Below, piece by piece: positions 34,675-48,322 of a DNA stretch of 64,000 bases (position 1 is the first letter of the stretch; each line of letters opens with the position of its first letter). The notes beneath the pieces were generated by a model, which saw only the letters and a list, made by a program, of their open reading frames with translations, made no database searches and had not been told where the DNA came from. Made by a program: the position numbers and the translations under genes. The stretch comes from Octopus sinensis (lineage: Eukaryota), in the NCBI RefSeq assembly GCF_006345805.1, contig NC_043010.1:41044001-41108000 (forward strand), read 5' to 3'.

Positions 34675-35087
34675 CAAAATCGATCAATGGAAATTGCAGA
34701 TGTGTTACCAGTGCCGGTGGCATGTAAGAGAACCATCCATTCGCGACCGTTGCCAGCGCTGCCCCGACTGGCCTCGTGCCGGTGGCACGTAAAAAGCACC
34801 ATCCGTTCGTGTCCGTCGCCAGCCTGGCCTGGCCCCCGTGTCAGTGGCACATAAAAAGCACCATCCGTTTGTGGCCGTTTGCCAGCTCTGTCTGGCACCT
34901 GTGCGGGTGGCACATAAAAAGCACCCACTACACTCACGGAGTGGTTGGCGTTAGGAAGGGCATCCAGTTGTAGAAACACTGCCAGATCTGACTGGGCCTG
35001 ATGAAGCCTTCTGGCTTCACAGACTCCAGTTGAACCGTCCAACCCATGCTAGCATGGAAAACGGACGCTAAACGATGATGATGATGA
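34675..35087 (+). mobile_element. RTE-tail SINE-like element with internal ~55-bp tandem repeats
   Basis: Four GGTGGCA(C/T)(G/A)TAA(A/G)A..ACC-type units; CCAACCCATGCTAGCATGGAAA...(GAT)n tail. Confidence 0.75.
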
Positions 35088-35360
35088 GAACCTTCCATAT
35101 CGGCTTCTCTCTATTTTCACTCAGCTCAAATGCACCACATGGAAACTACTTTCCTCATCGTATTATGTGGTAATGACAAATTAGACAGACAAACCACATG
35201 CCTGCCCAGGTTAGAGACAAATGTTTGTGAATTTCTAAGTGCAAATATTTCCAAGGGAATGGAAAGGAAATGTACAACAACCTGGGATCAAGCACTGGAT
35301 TGTCAATCTTACCCAGGGACAAACTACAGTCAGAGGTCATTTCTTGTGTATATTTCCTTT

Positions 35361-35602
35361 TAAATCTATATATTTCTTTACTACCCACAAGGGGCTAAGC
35401 ACAGAGGAGACAAACAAGGACAGACAGAGGGATTAAGTCGATTACATCAACCCCAGTGCGTAACTGGTACTTAATTTATCGACCCCGAAAGGATGAAAGG
35501 CAAAGTCGGCCTCGGCAGAATTTGAACTCAGAACGTAACGACAGATGAAATACGGCTACGCATTTCGCCTGGCATGCTAACGTTTCTGCCAGCTTGCCGC
35601 CT
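35361..35602 (-). mobile_element. Full-length SINE family A
   Basis: Complete head, B-box and tail. Confidence 0.85.
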
Positions 35603-37112
35603 TTAAATTTATAGTGAAGTAAATTTTAAATTTAGAGTGAAGTAAGATGGTCCTTTTAAATTTATAGTGAAGTAAGATGGTTGAACATTCAAAATCTAAT
35701 ATCTCTTGTCCAACAATAATAACTGAGGCAAAGGCCTGAAATAAGTACCAGTGCTTAACTGGTACTTATTTTATGGATTTAAATTCAAAATATAGCATGA
35801 ACTGTTTTTGCTCTCATCATTGAGAAGCTAGCATCATCAGCATCAACAATCAGAGATCGATAAAAAGCGAACCAGCGAAATGTCAGAGGTCTCTATAATT
35901 GAACCCAGATGTATACAAGTGTATGAATGGATGGATGGATGGATGGATGGGTTGATGGAGGGATGGATGATGTATGTGTGTGTGTGTGTGTGTGAGTGTG
36001 TGAAGGCGCATGTGTATATGTTTAATAAATGCTGTAAGTAGTGTTCGTGAGTGAATAGTAAGAGAAAATAGACAGAAAGGGATCTAATTCAACATACTTC
36101 ATTAAAAAAGAAAAAACAGAAATAAAGTCCTGGATAATAGACAATAATAAAATGGATCTTTTTAAGAAGATGGTTAAAAGTGTCAGATGAAACTAATTTG
36201 TGGAAATAGAAAAAAACGAAAAGTCGATTTTCAAGGGAAATAATTCTCATTACTTTTATGACACTGTGTCATAATTGTCTCCCTTACACTATGAGGCCAC
36301 ATGCATACACAGACACTCTTTCTCTCTCTCTCTCTCTCTCTCTATCTTACTTCTTCGATTTCACCAGTCGCACATTACAGTTATACAAACATTCCATGGC
36401 TAAGTATTCCATAGACGCTTCTATTAGTAATGTAAGCCTCTCAAGCACTGATAAACATGACGTGACACTGTACGACACAGCAAACCATTTTGGGGTCAGT
36501 CAATCCGACGGGCCTCTACAGTTTCTGTCCGTCCAGACGAGAAATTTAGAAATAAATAACCGGAGGGCCGTAACCTACGACATATTACGTTCCAAGGGCT
36601 TGAAAATTAATGAAACTCTTCATTTATCGCTTCATTATTTTCGATATAAATCAACAATAAATAAATATATTTTAATCTACAAATACTGTTCACGAGAATT
36701 TACGACTGATTATCTCGAACCATTACCTTGTTTCAGTCTTTGGATTGCGGCCATGCTGGAACATCTCTTTGATGGGTTTAGTCGAACAAATCGACCCCAG
36801 GATTTATTCTTTTTATGTCTGGTGCTTTTATCGATCCACTATGTCACAAAAACGTTAACAACCAACATCACTCGTTAAGCATATAATGTTTGTGTTTGTT
36901 TGTATACGCATATGCATACATATATATATAGATGTCATCATCATCATCATCGTTTAACGTCCGCTTTCCATGCTAGCATGGGTTGGTTGATTTGACTGAG
37001 GACTGGCGAACCAGATGGCTGCACCAGGCTCCATTCTTGATTTGGCAGAGTTTCTACAGCTGGATGCCCTCCTTAACACCAATGCCCTTCCTAATGCTAA
37101 ATATATATATAT

Positions 37113-37145
<33 letters not shown>

Positions 37146-37694
37146 AATATATATATATGTATATATATATATCAGTTGTTAGTTGTCGGAGCACTGCATC
37201 CTTCAAAGCTTCCATGCTTCCTGAGATTCGCCAACACTACACCTGCTTTTCTCCCCTCCATACACACGGAAGCATGTATCTGACTCATATACTGTTCACT
37301 TTCCAGACACTTGTACATTAGTGCATATGCGCTTTATACGCACTTTTGACAAGTTGTGATGCACCTGATCACTGTATACAGTAATTTCATTATTATATAT
37401 ACACACAGATTTGTGAACATATATGTACACACACACACACACATAGACACAGTTTATATTGATGTCAGTCTATATTTAGATAACCAGGAATGAGGATAAG
37501 CAGTGCTGGGTTATGCCCCCATAAAACTGAAAGACAATATAACACAGGGACTCCTATTTCACCTACACCTGAGGCTGTAGCAGAAGTCACTCGCTCAAAA
37601 TGAAGTGCCTTCCAAGAACCATGTGATTAGAAGGCAAAACTTTTAAGCATTTCCATATCTCCATTACATACTGCAGCCCAACTTTATCACTTAC

Positions 37695-37841
37695 TCGCTG
37701 TTCAGAGATGTTATTTTGCTAGTCATCAATTCTTGGGTCCGACTGAATTCTTTTACCATTTTCTGCATTTCATGGATATAATCTTCCTCAACATTTTCTA
37801 ACTCTTGTTTCTTAATTGTTTCGAAGTGTTCTTTTAATTCT
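37695..37841 (-). CDS. FAM184A: FAM184-like exon (147 nt)
   Basis: ELKEHFETIKKQELENVEEDYIHEMQKMVKEFSRTQELMTSKITSLNS; TTCTACAG acceptor, GTAAGT donor; phase 2 to 2. Confidence 0.9.
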
Positions 37842-38687
37842 CTGTAGAAAAAAAATGTTTAAAAGGTAAAAAATAACATTTAAACAATACACCACCAGCA
37901 TTGCCACATCATCATCATCATCATCATTATATTCATTGGGTTTTTAAATGCAGGCAGATGGATAACCAATGTGCATATTGTATATGTATGTATGAGCATG
38001 CATGTATACATGCATACATGCATACATACATACATACATACATAATGGTTGCCCCCTCGTCATCAAGTATGGCCATTGCACAAGGCTTAACTGTTATCAG
38101 TGCTGTGATCTACAATGTCTCGTACAGAATTGGCAGCTAAAACCTTTACCGGCAATACACACACACACACACACACACACACATTCATTCATTCATTCAG
38201 TCATGCATGCACAACCAACTCAATATCAACAACAGGGCTTCGTTGACAAAAGTAAACCAGTTCCTTCAAATTAGCCAGCTTCAGTGCCAAATGACCAAAA
38301 TTACTAAGTGTCCAATTACACTTGAGACATCAATGAGAAAATATTTTCCTGAAAGCAAGACTCCACAAAGGAACATTACATTGAGTAACCCTTTAGCATT
38401 CAGATTACTCGGTCAAATGTAATGGTTACTTATTCACATTGCTTTGAAATAATCATACACTGTCCTATAGATTTGAGATTTCAATGACACAATTGCTTAT
38501 CTTTAGAAAGTCATTGGATGGTAGGTATCAGATGCCAGATCTGGCCAGTTTGAACATGAAGCAGGTGGAGTATTTGAGTTTGATATGGCCAGTTTAAATG
38601 CTAATGGCTTAAGTAGCTATTTATTATCATCAAAGATGTGATTTCTGACACCAATTCCACAAGGGATTCTCTTTCTCTTTTGTTCTC

Positions 38688-39068
38688 TTTTTATTTGTTT
38701 CAGTCATTTTGACTGCAGCCATGCTGGAGCACCACCTTTAATCGAGCAACTCGACCCCAGGACTTATTCTTTGTAAGCCCAGTACTTATTCTATCGGTCT
38801 CTTTTGCTGAACCACTAAGTGACGGGGACATAAACACACCAGCATCGGTTGTCAAGCAATGCTAGGGGGACAAACACAGACACACAAACATACATGCACA
38901 TATATATATATACATATATACGACAGGCTTCTTTCAGTTTCCGTCTACCAAATCCACTCACAAGGCTTTGGTCGGCCCGAGGCTATAGTAGAAGACACTT
39001 GCCCAAGGTGCCACACAGTGGGAGTGAACCCAGAACCATGTGGTTGGTAAACAAGCTACTTACCACAC
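38688..39068 (-). mobile_element. Full-length SINE family B
   Basis: Complete copy. Confidence 0.88.
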
Positions 39069-39718
39069 AGCATTCAATATGAATTATTCAAGTTGAAAAA
39101 CATTTCTCAGACTTGTTTCCCAGAATCGAGGGTATTGCATTTCTCTGGCTTCAACAATGAATGATGGATTTCAACAATGACATGAGCTATTGATGTACTT
39201 TTTTCCATTTCCCACAACCAACAAATGTGAATTTAAGTAGGCCCACATTAAGTCCAAGACTAGAAACCAGTTTGTCCCAAGCTCAGATATGAAGCTGGCT
39301 CTGTCAAAGTCTAAACAACACATCAAAAACCTGGCGGGAACAAAGCAATTACATCCATTTCCCCTCAAGTTCAGTCAACAGCATCAATAAGGACTGAAAA
39401 AGGACTGTTATGATAAGGACTGAACTGCACTAGAATTATAAAAAACTCAATTTTATTTTGGGATAATTTGGAACCTGTGACAGCTAAAAATAGGAATAAA
39501 ACTAGAATAAAAGTTTAGATACCATTAATTAATACAGTTGCTTGATCTGCTAGAAATAGAAGCCAAATTTCACTTAATTCACACCCTCCTGTCTAAATGG
39601 GATGGGGTGGGTAGAATCAGACAGTATAGTCTTCAATGTACACTGCCTGAAATAAAGAGGGATAAATCATTCAGCAGTCATTAAACATCAATCAAAAATC
39701 AACAGCGTCCAAACATAC

Positions 39719-39903
39719 TTCTTTTCTTGGCTGAAGAATTCCTTCATATGTTCTTGTTTCTCTTTCTCTTCATTCACGTTGACCATTAGTTCTGTAATGG
39801 TCTCCTTCAATTTCTTCTTTTCTTCTTCTATGGCAAAGAATTTCTTCTCTTGGCAGTCAATCTTGTTTTTCAGTTCTGACATAATCACCTGATGATCCCG
39901 ATC
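39719..39903 (-). CDS. FAM184A: FAM184-like exon (185 nt)
   Basis: DRDHQVIMSELKNKIDCQEKKFFAIEEEKKKLKETITELMVNVNEEKEKQEHMKEFFSQEK; coiled coil; phase 0 to 2; GTATGT donor. Confidence 0.88.
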
Positions 39904-40689
39904 CTACCGAATGGAAAGTGACACAGAAGGATTTATAAGACTGAAAATGGTGATTAAAGACTAACACAACCTATAAGAAGAAACCTTTTCTCTGAATCAA
40001 TGGATGGGTCAGCCAAGTAGAACACATTCTCAAAGAACAAGATCCTGAAGCCTAATGAAATAATTTTTTAAATTTTGAAGCTCATCCTGACCATTCACAG
40101 CAGTGGTTCTCAACCAAGATCCCTGTGGCCCTTGGGGGGTCAATATAAGATTTTATCATTAAAATTTACATAAACTGGTAATACTCCTACAGTACACAAA
40201 ATGTTTTAACAATTTTCTATTCAGTTCCTAATAACATTTATTCCTAAAAATTTAGGAGTTTTTAAACATTGAATAGCAATAAGGATCCTCGCCCACCCTA
40301 AGTAAAATAAGAATCAAAGGAGTCCATAGGTAAAAAATGGTTAAGAATCAATGATTTACAAGGATGAACTGTACAAATCTGTCCTACATATTTCATGGTA
40401 CATATTCTGAATCATCAAGAGCTAAATGTAACTGGGTAATGGACACAGGACAGAACCTTTTGTCAGGATATGAACTATTTTCTTTTAATTGGTATTCGAA
40501 TCATCCACTCTCAGAATCAAAACCAACCAACCAAAACACACTGTAGAGTAGAGAAGTAAATTTCTCAATTTCAAATAACAACCATTTAATCCGAGAGAAT
40601 TTCAAGATGCAAAAAACAACTAATGAAAACATGGCCTTATAAAACAAAACAATCTCCCATGAAATGACTGGTACTATATAGTGGGTGAG

Positions 40690-40940
40690 TGGAGGCACAT
40701 GGCCTAGTGGTGAAGGTGTTGGGCTCAGGGTCATAAAATTGTGTTTTCTATTCCTGGACCAAGTGATGCATTGACTTTGTGTGCAAAACACTTCATTACA
40801 TGTTATTCCAGTCCACTCGGCTGGCAAAAGTGAGCGTTCCTGTGACAGACTGGCATCCCATCCAGGGGAAAAATATATACACCACAAAAACTGGAAAACC
40901 AGCCCTATGAGTCTATATGATTCAGGAAGGAGCTTTATCT
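40690..40940 (+). mobile_element. tRNA-derived SINE with CORE/Meta-like domain
   Basis: GGAGGCACATGGCCTAGTGG head; CAGTCCACTCGGCTGGCAAAA domain. Confidence 0.65.
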
Positions 40941-41589
40941 TTTTATCCTATCCTATATGGTAGGTGGAAATTAAAATGAGGCAAATACATATCACTTTTA
41001 GAGCCAATGAGGGTACCTCAATGAAGTTTCTAAACAAACTAGAAAAAGCAACCAAATCTCTCTCAAGCTGTATGATTACTTTCTTCTAGAAAGGGTAAAG
41101 TAGTTCGAGATACAATATATTTTAATAAAAAAACACAAGATAGTCACAGTTGAATAGCTTTCGATCATGGGTCTGGTGGTTTCAGATCTGACCAAGGGTT
41201 AAACAACACTTAGCACTTATCTTACCAACTCCCAGTTTAATGAAAACACAAAATAAAGTTGCTACCAGTGGGATTTCAATAAAGAACATGGAGAGGCATC
41301 GTAATAACTGTTTCTGGTTTAGGCAAAAGGCCAACAATTTTGAAGGGAGAGGTTTGCGTTGACCTCAGTACCTTAGTTCTTGAAGATAGGGTTTAGCTGA
41401 TTACATTGAATTCAGTACCTCAGTAGTTAAACAGAGAGTTTAACCAATTATACCGACCTCAGCACTTGTGGGGAGGGATTAATCGATTATTTCAGCCTCC
41501 ATACTTGACTATTACCTATTTTCTATCAATCCCTAAGAAATGAAAAGAAAAACAGTGGGATTTGAACTCAGAACATAAAGAGTCAGAAG

Positions 41590-41750
41590 AAATACCATAT
41601 GATGATCATTGTTTACATTATTTACATTGGACGGATATGCGTCCTCATCTTGTTTGTTGTTACCACAGCGTTTCAGCTGATTTACTCTCCAGCCTTCATC
41701 AGGTGTCCTGGTAGAATTTTGAACCCAACCCTGGGTTCTCATTCCTAAGG
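41590..41750 (-). mobile_element. pLTR fragment with minimal hammerhead (family 3), U16.1 changed to C
   Basis: 41664-41705 minus reads CAC-CUGAUGA-AGGCUG-GAGAGUAAAU-CAGCU-GAAAC-GCU/GUG; abuts a (TAGG)(TATG)(CATG) microsatellite. Confidence 0.78.
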
Positions 41751-42361
41751 TAGGTAGGTAGGTAGGTAGGTAGGTAGGTATGTATGTATGTATGCATGTA
41801 TGTATGCATGCATGCATGCATGCATGCATGCATGCATGCATGCATGCATGCATGTTTGTATGTATGTATGAATGCATGCATGCATGTATGTATGTATAAG
41901 ATCTTAAGTTGATAAAATAAGATGTTACTAAGAACCATACCCCAAGATAAGATTTTACACACAAAGTGATAATTTGAACCTGGTCTGAATGAAATTATCA
42001 ATTCAGAATTGAGATTAAATTCTGTTACGTTTGATCTAGCAACTCACTTTTAACATTTCCCACTGCTCTCAACCCCCAACTAAACATGAACTAGCAAGAA
42101 ATCCTGTATGTGGTGCCTCACCTCCTGGAAATAGCAGCCAAAAGATCCTCAAGTTACACCTTTACTATATTAGAAAAACTGAATAGTCAGTCAAGGTTAT
42201 CAGTTGAGAGGGTTAAAAAAGCAACAACATGCAGAGAAAGAAGAAAAACAAAACTGAAAAGAAAAACAGTTCAGGCTATATTAAATCTGGAGGAAGATAG
42301 AGTGATCACAGCTAAAATTCTTTTGATCACAACGACAATAATGACAACAGCAACAACAGGG

Positions 42362-42735
42362 CAGGCAATGGCCCAATAGTTAGGGCAGCGGACTCGCAGT
42401 TGGAGGATCGCGGTTTCGATTCCCAGACCGGGCGTTGTGTGTGTTTATTGAGCGAAAACACCTAAAGCTCCACGAGGCTCTGGCAGGGGGGGGTGGCGAC
42501 CCCTGTTGTACTCTTTCGCTCCAACTTTCTCTCACTCTTTCTTCCTGTTTCTTGTCCCTGACTTCCTACGCAACCGCTGAGCCTGGATGCGCATTCATCC
42601 ATTCGTCAATGCTCTCGGTGTCGGGGGGTTGACCTGCTTTCTCTTCTGCGGGTCTTACGAATAGCAAAGGACCACGTTTCGGACTTCTCCCACTACTGGG
42701 ACAAAGACCACTTCGCTCAACAAACAAACAAACAA
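42362..42735 (+). mobile_element. SINE with family C head and a different 3' tail ending in (AAAC)n
   Basis: Head as in 4228-4614; the tail diverges after ~42555. Confidence 0.75.
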
Positions 42736-43175
42736 ACAGCAACAACAAAACAACCAGCCCAAATGAGAGGTAAAAATGACTTGTGATATCCGAGTTCAAA
42801 TTCTGCCATATTGTTTTTGCCATTCATAAAGAGTTTCACAAAATATGTACAAGTAAAGTACAAGTAATGGGTGAAGATAGGAGGTAACATTACCACTACT
42901 GGACATATCCTTCTTAATACCTGAAGACTTTTAGCCATAGCCCCACTGACTTGCCTTAGAATGAGCACTCTATCAATCTTAATACTTGCTTTTGCAAGCT
43001 GAGTGAACTGAAGCAATGTGAAGTAAAGTACCTTGCCCAAGAACACAACAGTATGTGTCCCAGACCGGGAGTCAAACCTATGACTTTATGATGGAAAGGA
43101 AGAGTTCAGTTGCTTGACCACTAGGTGACCTGCCTTCCCACATGTAACCAACCCAATAAACCTGCTTCTGCTAAC

Positions 43176-43303
43176 CTTCTGTTTGCCTGTCTGCAGTATT
43201 TTTTGCAATTCTTCTTTCAGCCGTGATATTTCTTTCAAGTGGCACTCTAGTTGCAGTGAGATTTCGTTCCGGTGCTTCTGGTACAGGTCTTCTTGTAAAC
43301 ACT
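43176..43303 (-). CDS. FAM184A: FAM184-like exon (128 nt)
   Basis: CLQEDLYQKHRNEISLQLECHLKEISRLKEELQKILQTGKQK; phase 1 to 0; AG and GT boundaries. Confidence 0.85.
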
Positions 43304-45006
43304 CTGTCGAATACATACAAATAAAGAGAACTGCGTCAGGTGACTGCGAAAATGACCAGTTTTACACAACAATAACAACAACAACAACAGGCATCAACTC
43401 CCCCACCATCACTAACACCTGTAACAGAGCTTCTACGTGGTCTCTCAACCTGCAAGTAATAACAGCCAAATCTACTTCTAATTACACAGGGTTGTATTAT
43501 TTGAAGGACACTTTGATCGATGTAGTCCTTAATATGTTTTAAAATGGGATGGTCACAGCCAGGGCAGTTTTGATCAGAAGTTTGCTCCATCAGAGCTGAC
43601 CTTGGGTTAAAGAATAACAACTTGTAGGTCATCAGACATCAATAATTTTAGAAAGGCTCTGATCTATTTTAGCCACCATCATAGTTAAAGGGGACAAAAA
43701 TGAGGTGCGGTCTGTTTCAAGCAACATCTTTTAGTTGTAGGGAACAGAAAACACAAGCTTTAGTAACATTATTCATCTTAACAAAGAATAGAGGACTTCT
43801 TTTTCATTTCTTTCCAATCAAACTTTGTTGTTGTTGTTGTTGTTGTTCAGCTTCCAAGTCTGCTACGATGATCAATCACAACCATACTCAAGGGTGTTCC
43901 AGCCGTGACCATCCTGCATTATGTATTTCTGAGACTACATCCTTCTTAATTTTTTAAAGATGACAGAGTGTGGGTCAAAGAAAATTTAGCTGCTATCTCT
44001 AGCTAGTTCAGAGACTACTTCAACATTCCCTCACTAAATTATGGTGGTGGTGGTGGTAGTGGCGGCGGCGGCGGTTACCATTGTTGTCATATCCAGTGTG
44101 GCAGTGCTTATCAAAATGCATTAAACAATGACACTTTGATAGTTGATATTTCTCCTTAATTTTATGTTTTATGTTTGTTGTTTAGATCTTTACTTTCCAC
44201 AATTATCAGCATTTTATGCTCTGACTATTCAAAAGACCAATCCCGATTAATATCTCTAATGATGAAGTAAGATATCAGAAATTTTACATCAGTAACCTAG
44301 TTATGACTTTAATCTTCATCCTTAAAGCAATACTAATGTTATTATCAGTTCATCAGTTTTTTTTTCGCCCATACAGGGATTGGCTTTTAATATTTCCAAT
44401 ACAAATCTATTCCTCTTTCCTTGTTCCTGTTTCATCATAATGATAAGTACTAACGTACTAAGTTGTAGTTTCACCCCACCTTTTCCCTTCTAGATCTTTC
44501 TTATCTATACCGCCATCCACCAGTGATCTCATACGCCATTGAAACGTGATTCAATGCACGCGCCTTTACTAAATCATTCACCATGCAAGACATAGCATTA
44601 AAACCTCCCTCAAATCACATCTTAGTGTTTTTAAAGAAGGCAAGTACACACTTGACAATATAATCATTGATGCCTCTAAAAAGATAGGATGGCCACAGCA
44701 GGAATGCCTTTAAACATAGGTTTGTTCAATCAGGCTTAACCTGGGCTTACAAAAACTCACAATGAACTAATGAGGAACCTTCATGTTGTCACTCAATCTG
44801 CTAAAGATAGCAACCAAAATCCCCCTCAAATTATACGTAACTTTCTTAAAAGGGAACAACATGTTGGATAATGTAGATAATGTGAAAAATGATGAGATGG
44901 CCACAGCTGGAATACTTTTGCACTTAGTTCTGCTCAGAGCCAACTTAATGTTAAGCAGTAATATCAATTCACAATATATTTCCTAGAAGTAGCAACCAAA
45001 TACCTC

Positions 45007-45106
45007 NNNNNNNNNNNNNNNNNNNNNNNNNNNNNNNNNNNNNNNNNNNNNNNNNNNNNNNNNNNNNNNNNNNNNNNNNNNNNNNNNNNNNNNNNNNNNN
45101 NNNNNN
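45007..45106. other. Assembly gap (100 N)
   Basis: Run of N. Confidence 1.
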
Positions 45107-45440
45107 TTTTGTTTCAGGAACCACTTCCATGGCCCCCATGAACACCATGGAAGATACCAGACTGCCATCCAACATGCCCATTAAAATCTTCAGCCAAAAA
45201 GATGAGGTCATTGTCATTTGTCTTTGAGGTAGCTTGTAGAAGGATATCATAAAAATGGTCCTTCTGTTCATTTGGCAGGCCTGCTTGTAGGGTGTAGGCA
45301 GAGAAAATTGTAGCTATACTATTCTGCAAGACTAGCCTGAGCTTAAGCACTCTATCACACACCTCTATGACCTTGTCCGCCCATTTGTCTGCAAGGAGTA
45401 TGCCTACACCACCTAGTTTGTCACTGTTACTTTCCCAGAA
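45107..45440 (-). mobile_element. RTE-type LINE apurinic endonuclease fragment
   Basis: IFSAYTLQAGLPNEQKDHFYDILL...DLIFLAEDFNGHVG...GVHGGHG, an APE domain typical of RTE elements. Confidence 0.85.
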
Positions 45441-45879
45441 TAACGGATGTGGGAGGAAACAAGGGAAGGAGAGATGTTATTCAGTGTCTGAAAAGAAAGT
45501 TTCCATGTTCATTTGACAGACCTGCTGCACCGGTTGTTCTTGCTTTTAATCTATTGTCATTCAAACATTCAAGCATGGTAAAATTGTTGCCCCTACTGGA
45601 GGTAAGAGTAAGTATTCACGGCATTGTAAGTATAAGTGTTATGAGCATTGTAAATATAAGCATTACTGGTGCTGCAGATACGAATATCAATATACCTATG
45701 TTAGATTAAGTAAGTGGACTGCTATCTGATTGGGTTAGCCCCAGGAGAGAGAGAGAGAAAGATGGGGGAGGGGGAGATTGCAGGTATGATAGAGGAGACC
45801 ACCAGTATCAGAGGGGATTTCTGGCGAGAGAAGCAAGATTTCCAGTATTCGTGGGAATGGGCAGGAACATCACAAACAA

Positions 45880-46440
45880 GGAAGGATTATTTTAGAGATA
45901 GTACAAAAATATTTAGCCAACACAGGGAGAAAAAAAAAAGCTAAGACTTTAGGGAGATTTCAATTTAGGAAGTTATATGAAGAATTAAGGAGTAAAACTA
46001 AAGCTGAGAGTGATTACGATTTGGAAGTTATATTGATGAGTCAATTTAAATAATTAGTTTATGAAAGTACATATTAGCATATCATGGGTGCCAATAATAA
46101 CCAAACACTTGAATAGACTGCATGAAAGTCTGAGAGGAAAACATGTGTTAAAGGCCCCTTAAATATATACTATGGCCAGAAGTGAACATATGAATGTGTA
46201 TTTTCGTTTTAGGGAGTAGAGATAGTAAGAAGCTGTAGTGAAAGGAAAGATTATTTTAGAGACAGTATGAGAATATTTAGCCAACATGAAAGTGCAGAGA
46301 GAAAAAAAAAGCTAAGAGATTTCAATTTGGAAATTATATGAAGAATTAAGGAGAAAAATTAAAACTGACAGAGAATACGATTTGGAAGTTATATTGAAGA
46401 GTAAATTTAAATAATTAATTTACGAAAGTACATATTAGCA
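45880..46440. repeat. ~200-bp direct repeat pair (45880-46080 and 46245-46440)
   Basis: Both copies read GATTATTTTAGAGA..TATTTAGCCAACA ... GAAAGTACATATTAGCA. Confidence 0.85.
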
Positions 46441-47064
46441 ATAATGCAGGTTAGATGAATGAAAGAATGAAGCAATCAAAAAAATAAGGGAATATCTTGG
46501 CTTAGAGAATATCTTAGCTTATGCTGAATAAAAAAAAAAGAGAAGATGGTCATGGCTGGAATGCCTTTCTGACATAGACCTGCTGGATCAGAGCTGACGT
46601 GAGTGTTCAGAGACAGCTACAGAATTTCCACATTTACGTAAAAAAAACCATTTAGTCAAAATATCAATGACACTTGCCCCCACCCCCTTCCCCCACTACA
46701 AGTAGCTATTTCGTTCCTACTTCCTGCTGTTCATCCGTTATTGTGTCCCCATTTCAGAAATGCAATGACGACATTAACAATAATACTGTTCTGTGTGTAT
46801 TTGTTTACATTTATGCTTTTTCACAACTTCTTTCTTCTTGCTGACTAACTCGTTATTCAGTGTCTTTTAATTACTTACTTTTTTCTTTAAAAGGATCTCA
46901 CCTAATATATGTACATTTAAGCATACACATACAAACATGAATGTGCATGTATAAATTCTTGAACACACACACACACACATACATACACACATATATATAT
47001 ATATTGATGTGTGTGTGTCTTTGAGTCTGTGTTTGTCAAACCTCCCACCACTTGACAACTGGTA

Positions 47065-47465
47065 CTCTTTACTCTCTTTTACTCTTTTACTTGTTTCAGT
47101 CATTTGACTGCGGCCATGCTGGAGCACCGCCCTTAGTCGAGCAAATCGACCCCAGGAATTAGTCTTTGTAAGCCCAGTACTTATTCTGTCGGTCTCTTTT
47201 GCCAAACCGCTAAGTAACGGGGACATAAACACACCAGCATCGGTTGTCAAACAATGCTAGGGGGACAAACACACACACACACACACACATACATATATAT
47301 ATATACATATATACGACAGGCTTCTTTCAGTTTCCGTCTACCAAATCCACTCACAAGGCATTGGTCGGCCCGGGGCTATAGCAGAAGACACTTGCCCATG
47401 ATGCCACGCAGTGGGACTGAACCCGGAACCATGTGGTTGGTTAGCAAGCTACTTACCACACAGCC
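47065..47465 (-). mobile_element. Full-length young SINE family B
   Basis: Complete copy. Confidence 0.9.
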
Positions 47466-47995
47466 AGTGTTTACTTAGCAGTTCAGCAAAAGCAGGCCAA
47501 TAGAATAAGCACCAGTACTTCAACAAAATTAAACAAAATCAACAAAATTCAACAAAATCAACAAAATGGTGTTGATTCATTTCTCTAAAATTCTTCAAGG
47601 TGCTGCCCCAGCATGGCCGCAGTCTAATGACTAAAACAATCAACGACTAAAAGATTAAATAATCAAACAATTAAATGTAGCATGAGTACATAAACACTGC
47701 AACACTTGTACCATCCTTAACAGCCACTTCAAATCATTGACCTTATCAAATTGCTGATAACCTGTGTTTGGATGACAAGCAACAAGAATTATGATACAGT
47801 AAACAGGAATTTTCTAAGTTCGTGACTCCTATTTCAGAGGAAGCAACCACACTCTTTAAAATAATAGGAAGGGTAAGTGGGAAAGTACAGTCATTGAAAA
47901 ATCGTGTCAACTTCTTGATTCTTATCAGGCATTCCTAACAATGCCACTCAATCTACTCAAGATTATGCATACTGTATTAATACAGGATATATATA

Positions 47996-48228
47996 AGGCG
48001 GTGTGCTGGCAGAAACGTTAGCACACCAGGTGAAATACTTAGCGGTATTTCGTCTGCCACTACGTTCTGAGTTCAAATTCCGCCAAGGTCGACTTTGGCT
48101 TTCATCCTTTCGGGGTCGATTAATTAAGTACCTGTTATGCACTGGGGTCGATGTAATCAACTTAATCTCTTCCTCTGTCCTTGTTCGTCCCCTCTATGTT
48201 TAGCCCCTTGTGGGAAATAAAGAAATAA
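47996..48228 (+). mobile_element. Full-length SINE family A
   Basis: Complete head, B-box and AATAAAGAAAT tail. Confidence 0.87.
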
Positions 48229-48322
48229 GAAGTATATACACTGACAAACATAAAAAAAAAAAAAAACAGGCTATAAAATATGCAGGTGCACACACTGATA
48301 CATACATACATAAACATATATA

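Noticed and set aside
34675-34930. Regularly spaced ~20-bp repeats resembling a CRISPR array
   Set aside because: Eukaryotic context; the spacers are similar to one another and the array is internal to an RTE-tail element.
34990-35030. CTGATGA followed by a GAAGCC/GGCTTC hairpin (other isolated CTGANGA hits at ~16508, ~27603 and ~42931)
   Set aside because: No correctly placed GAAA, NUH site or closing stem I.
36258-36878. 206-aa plus-strand ORF inside a FAM184-like intron
   Set aside because: Spans a (CT)n tract and ends in a SINE B tail; no recognisable motif.
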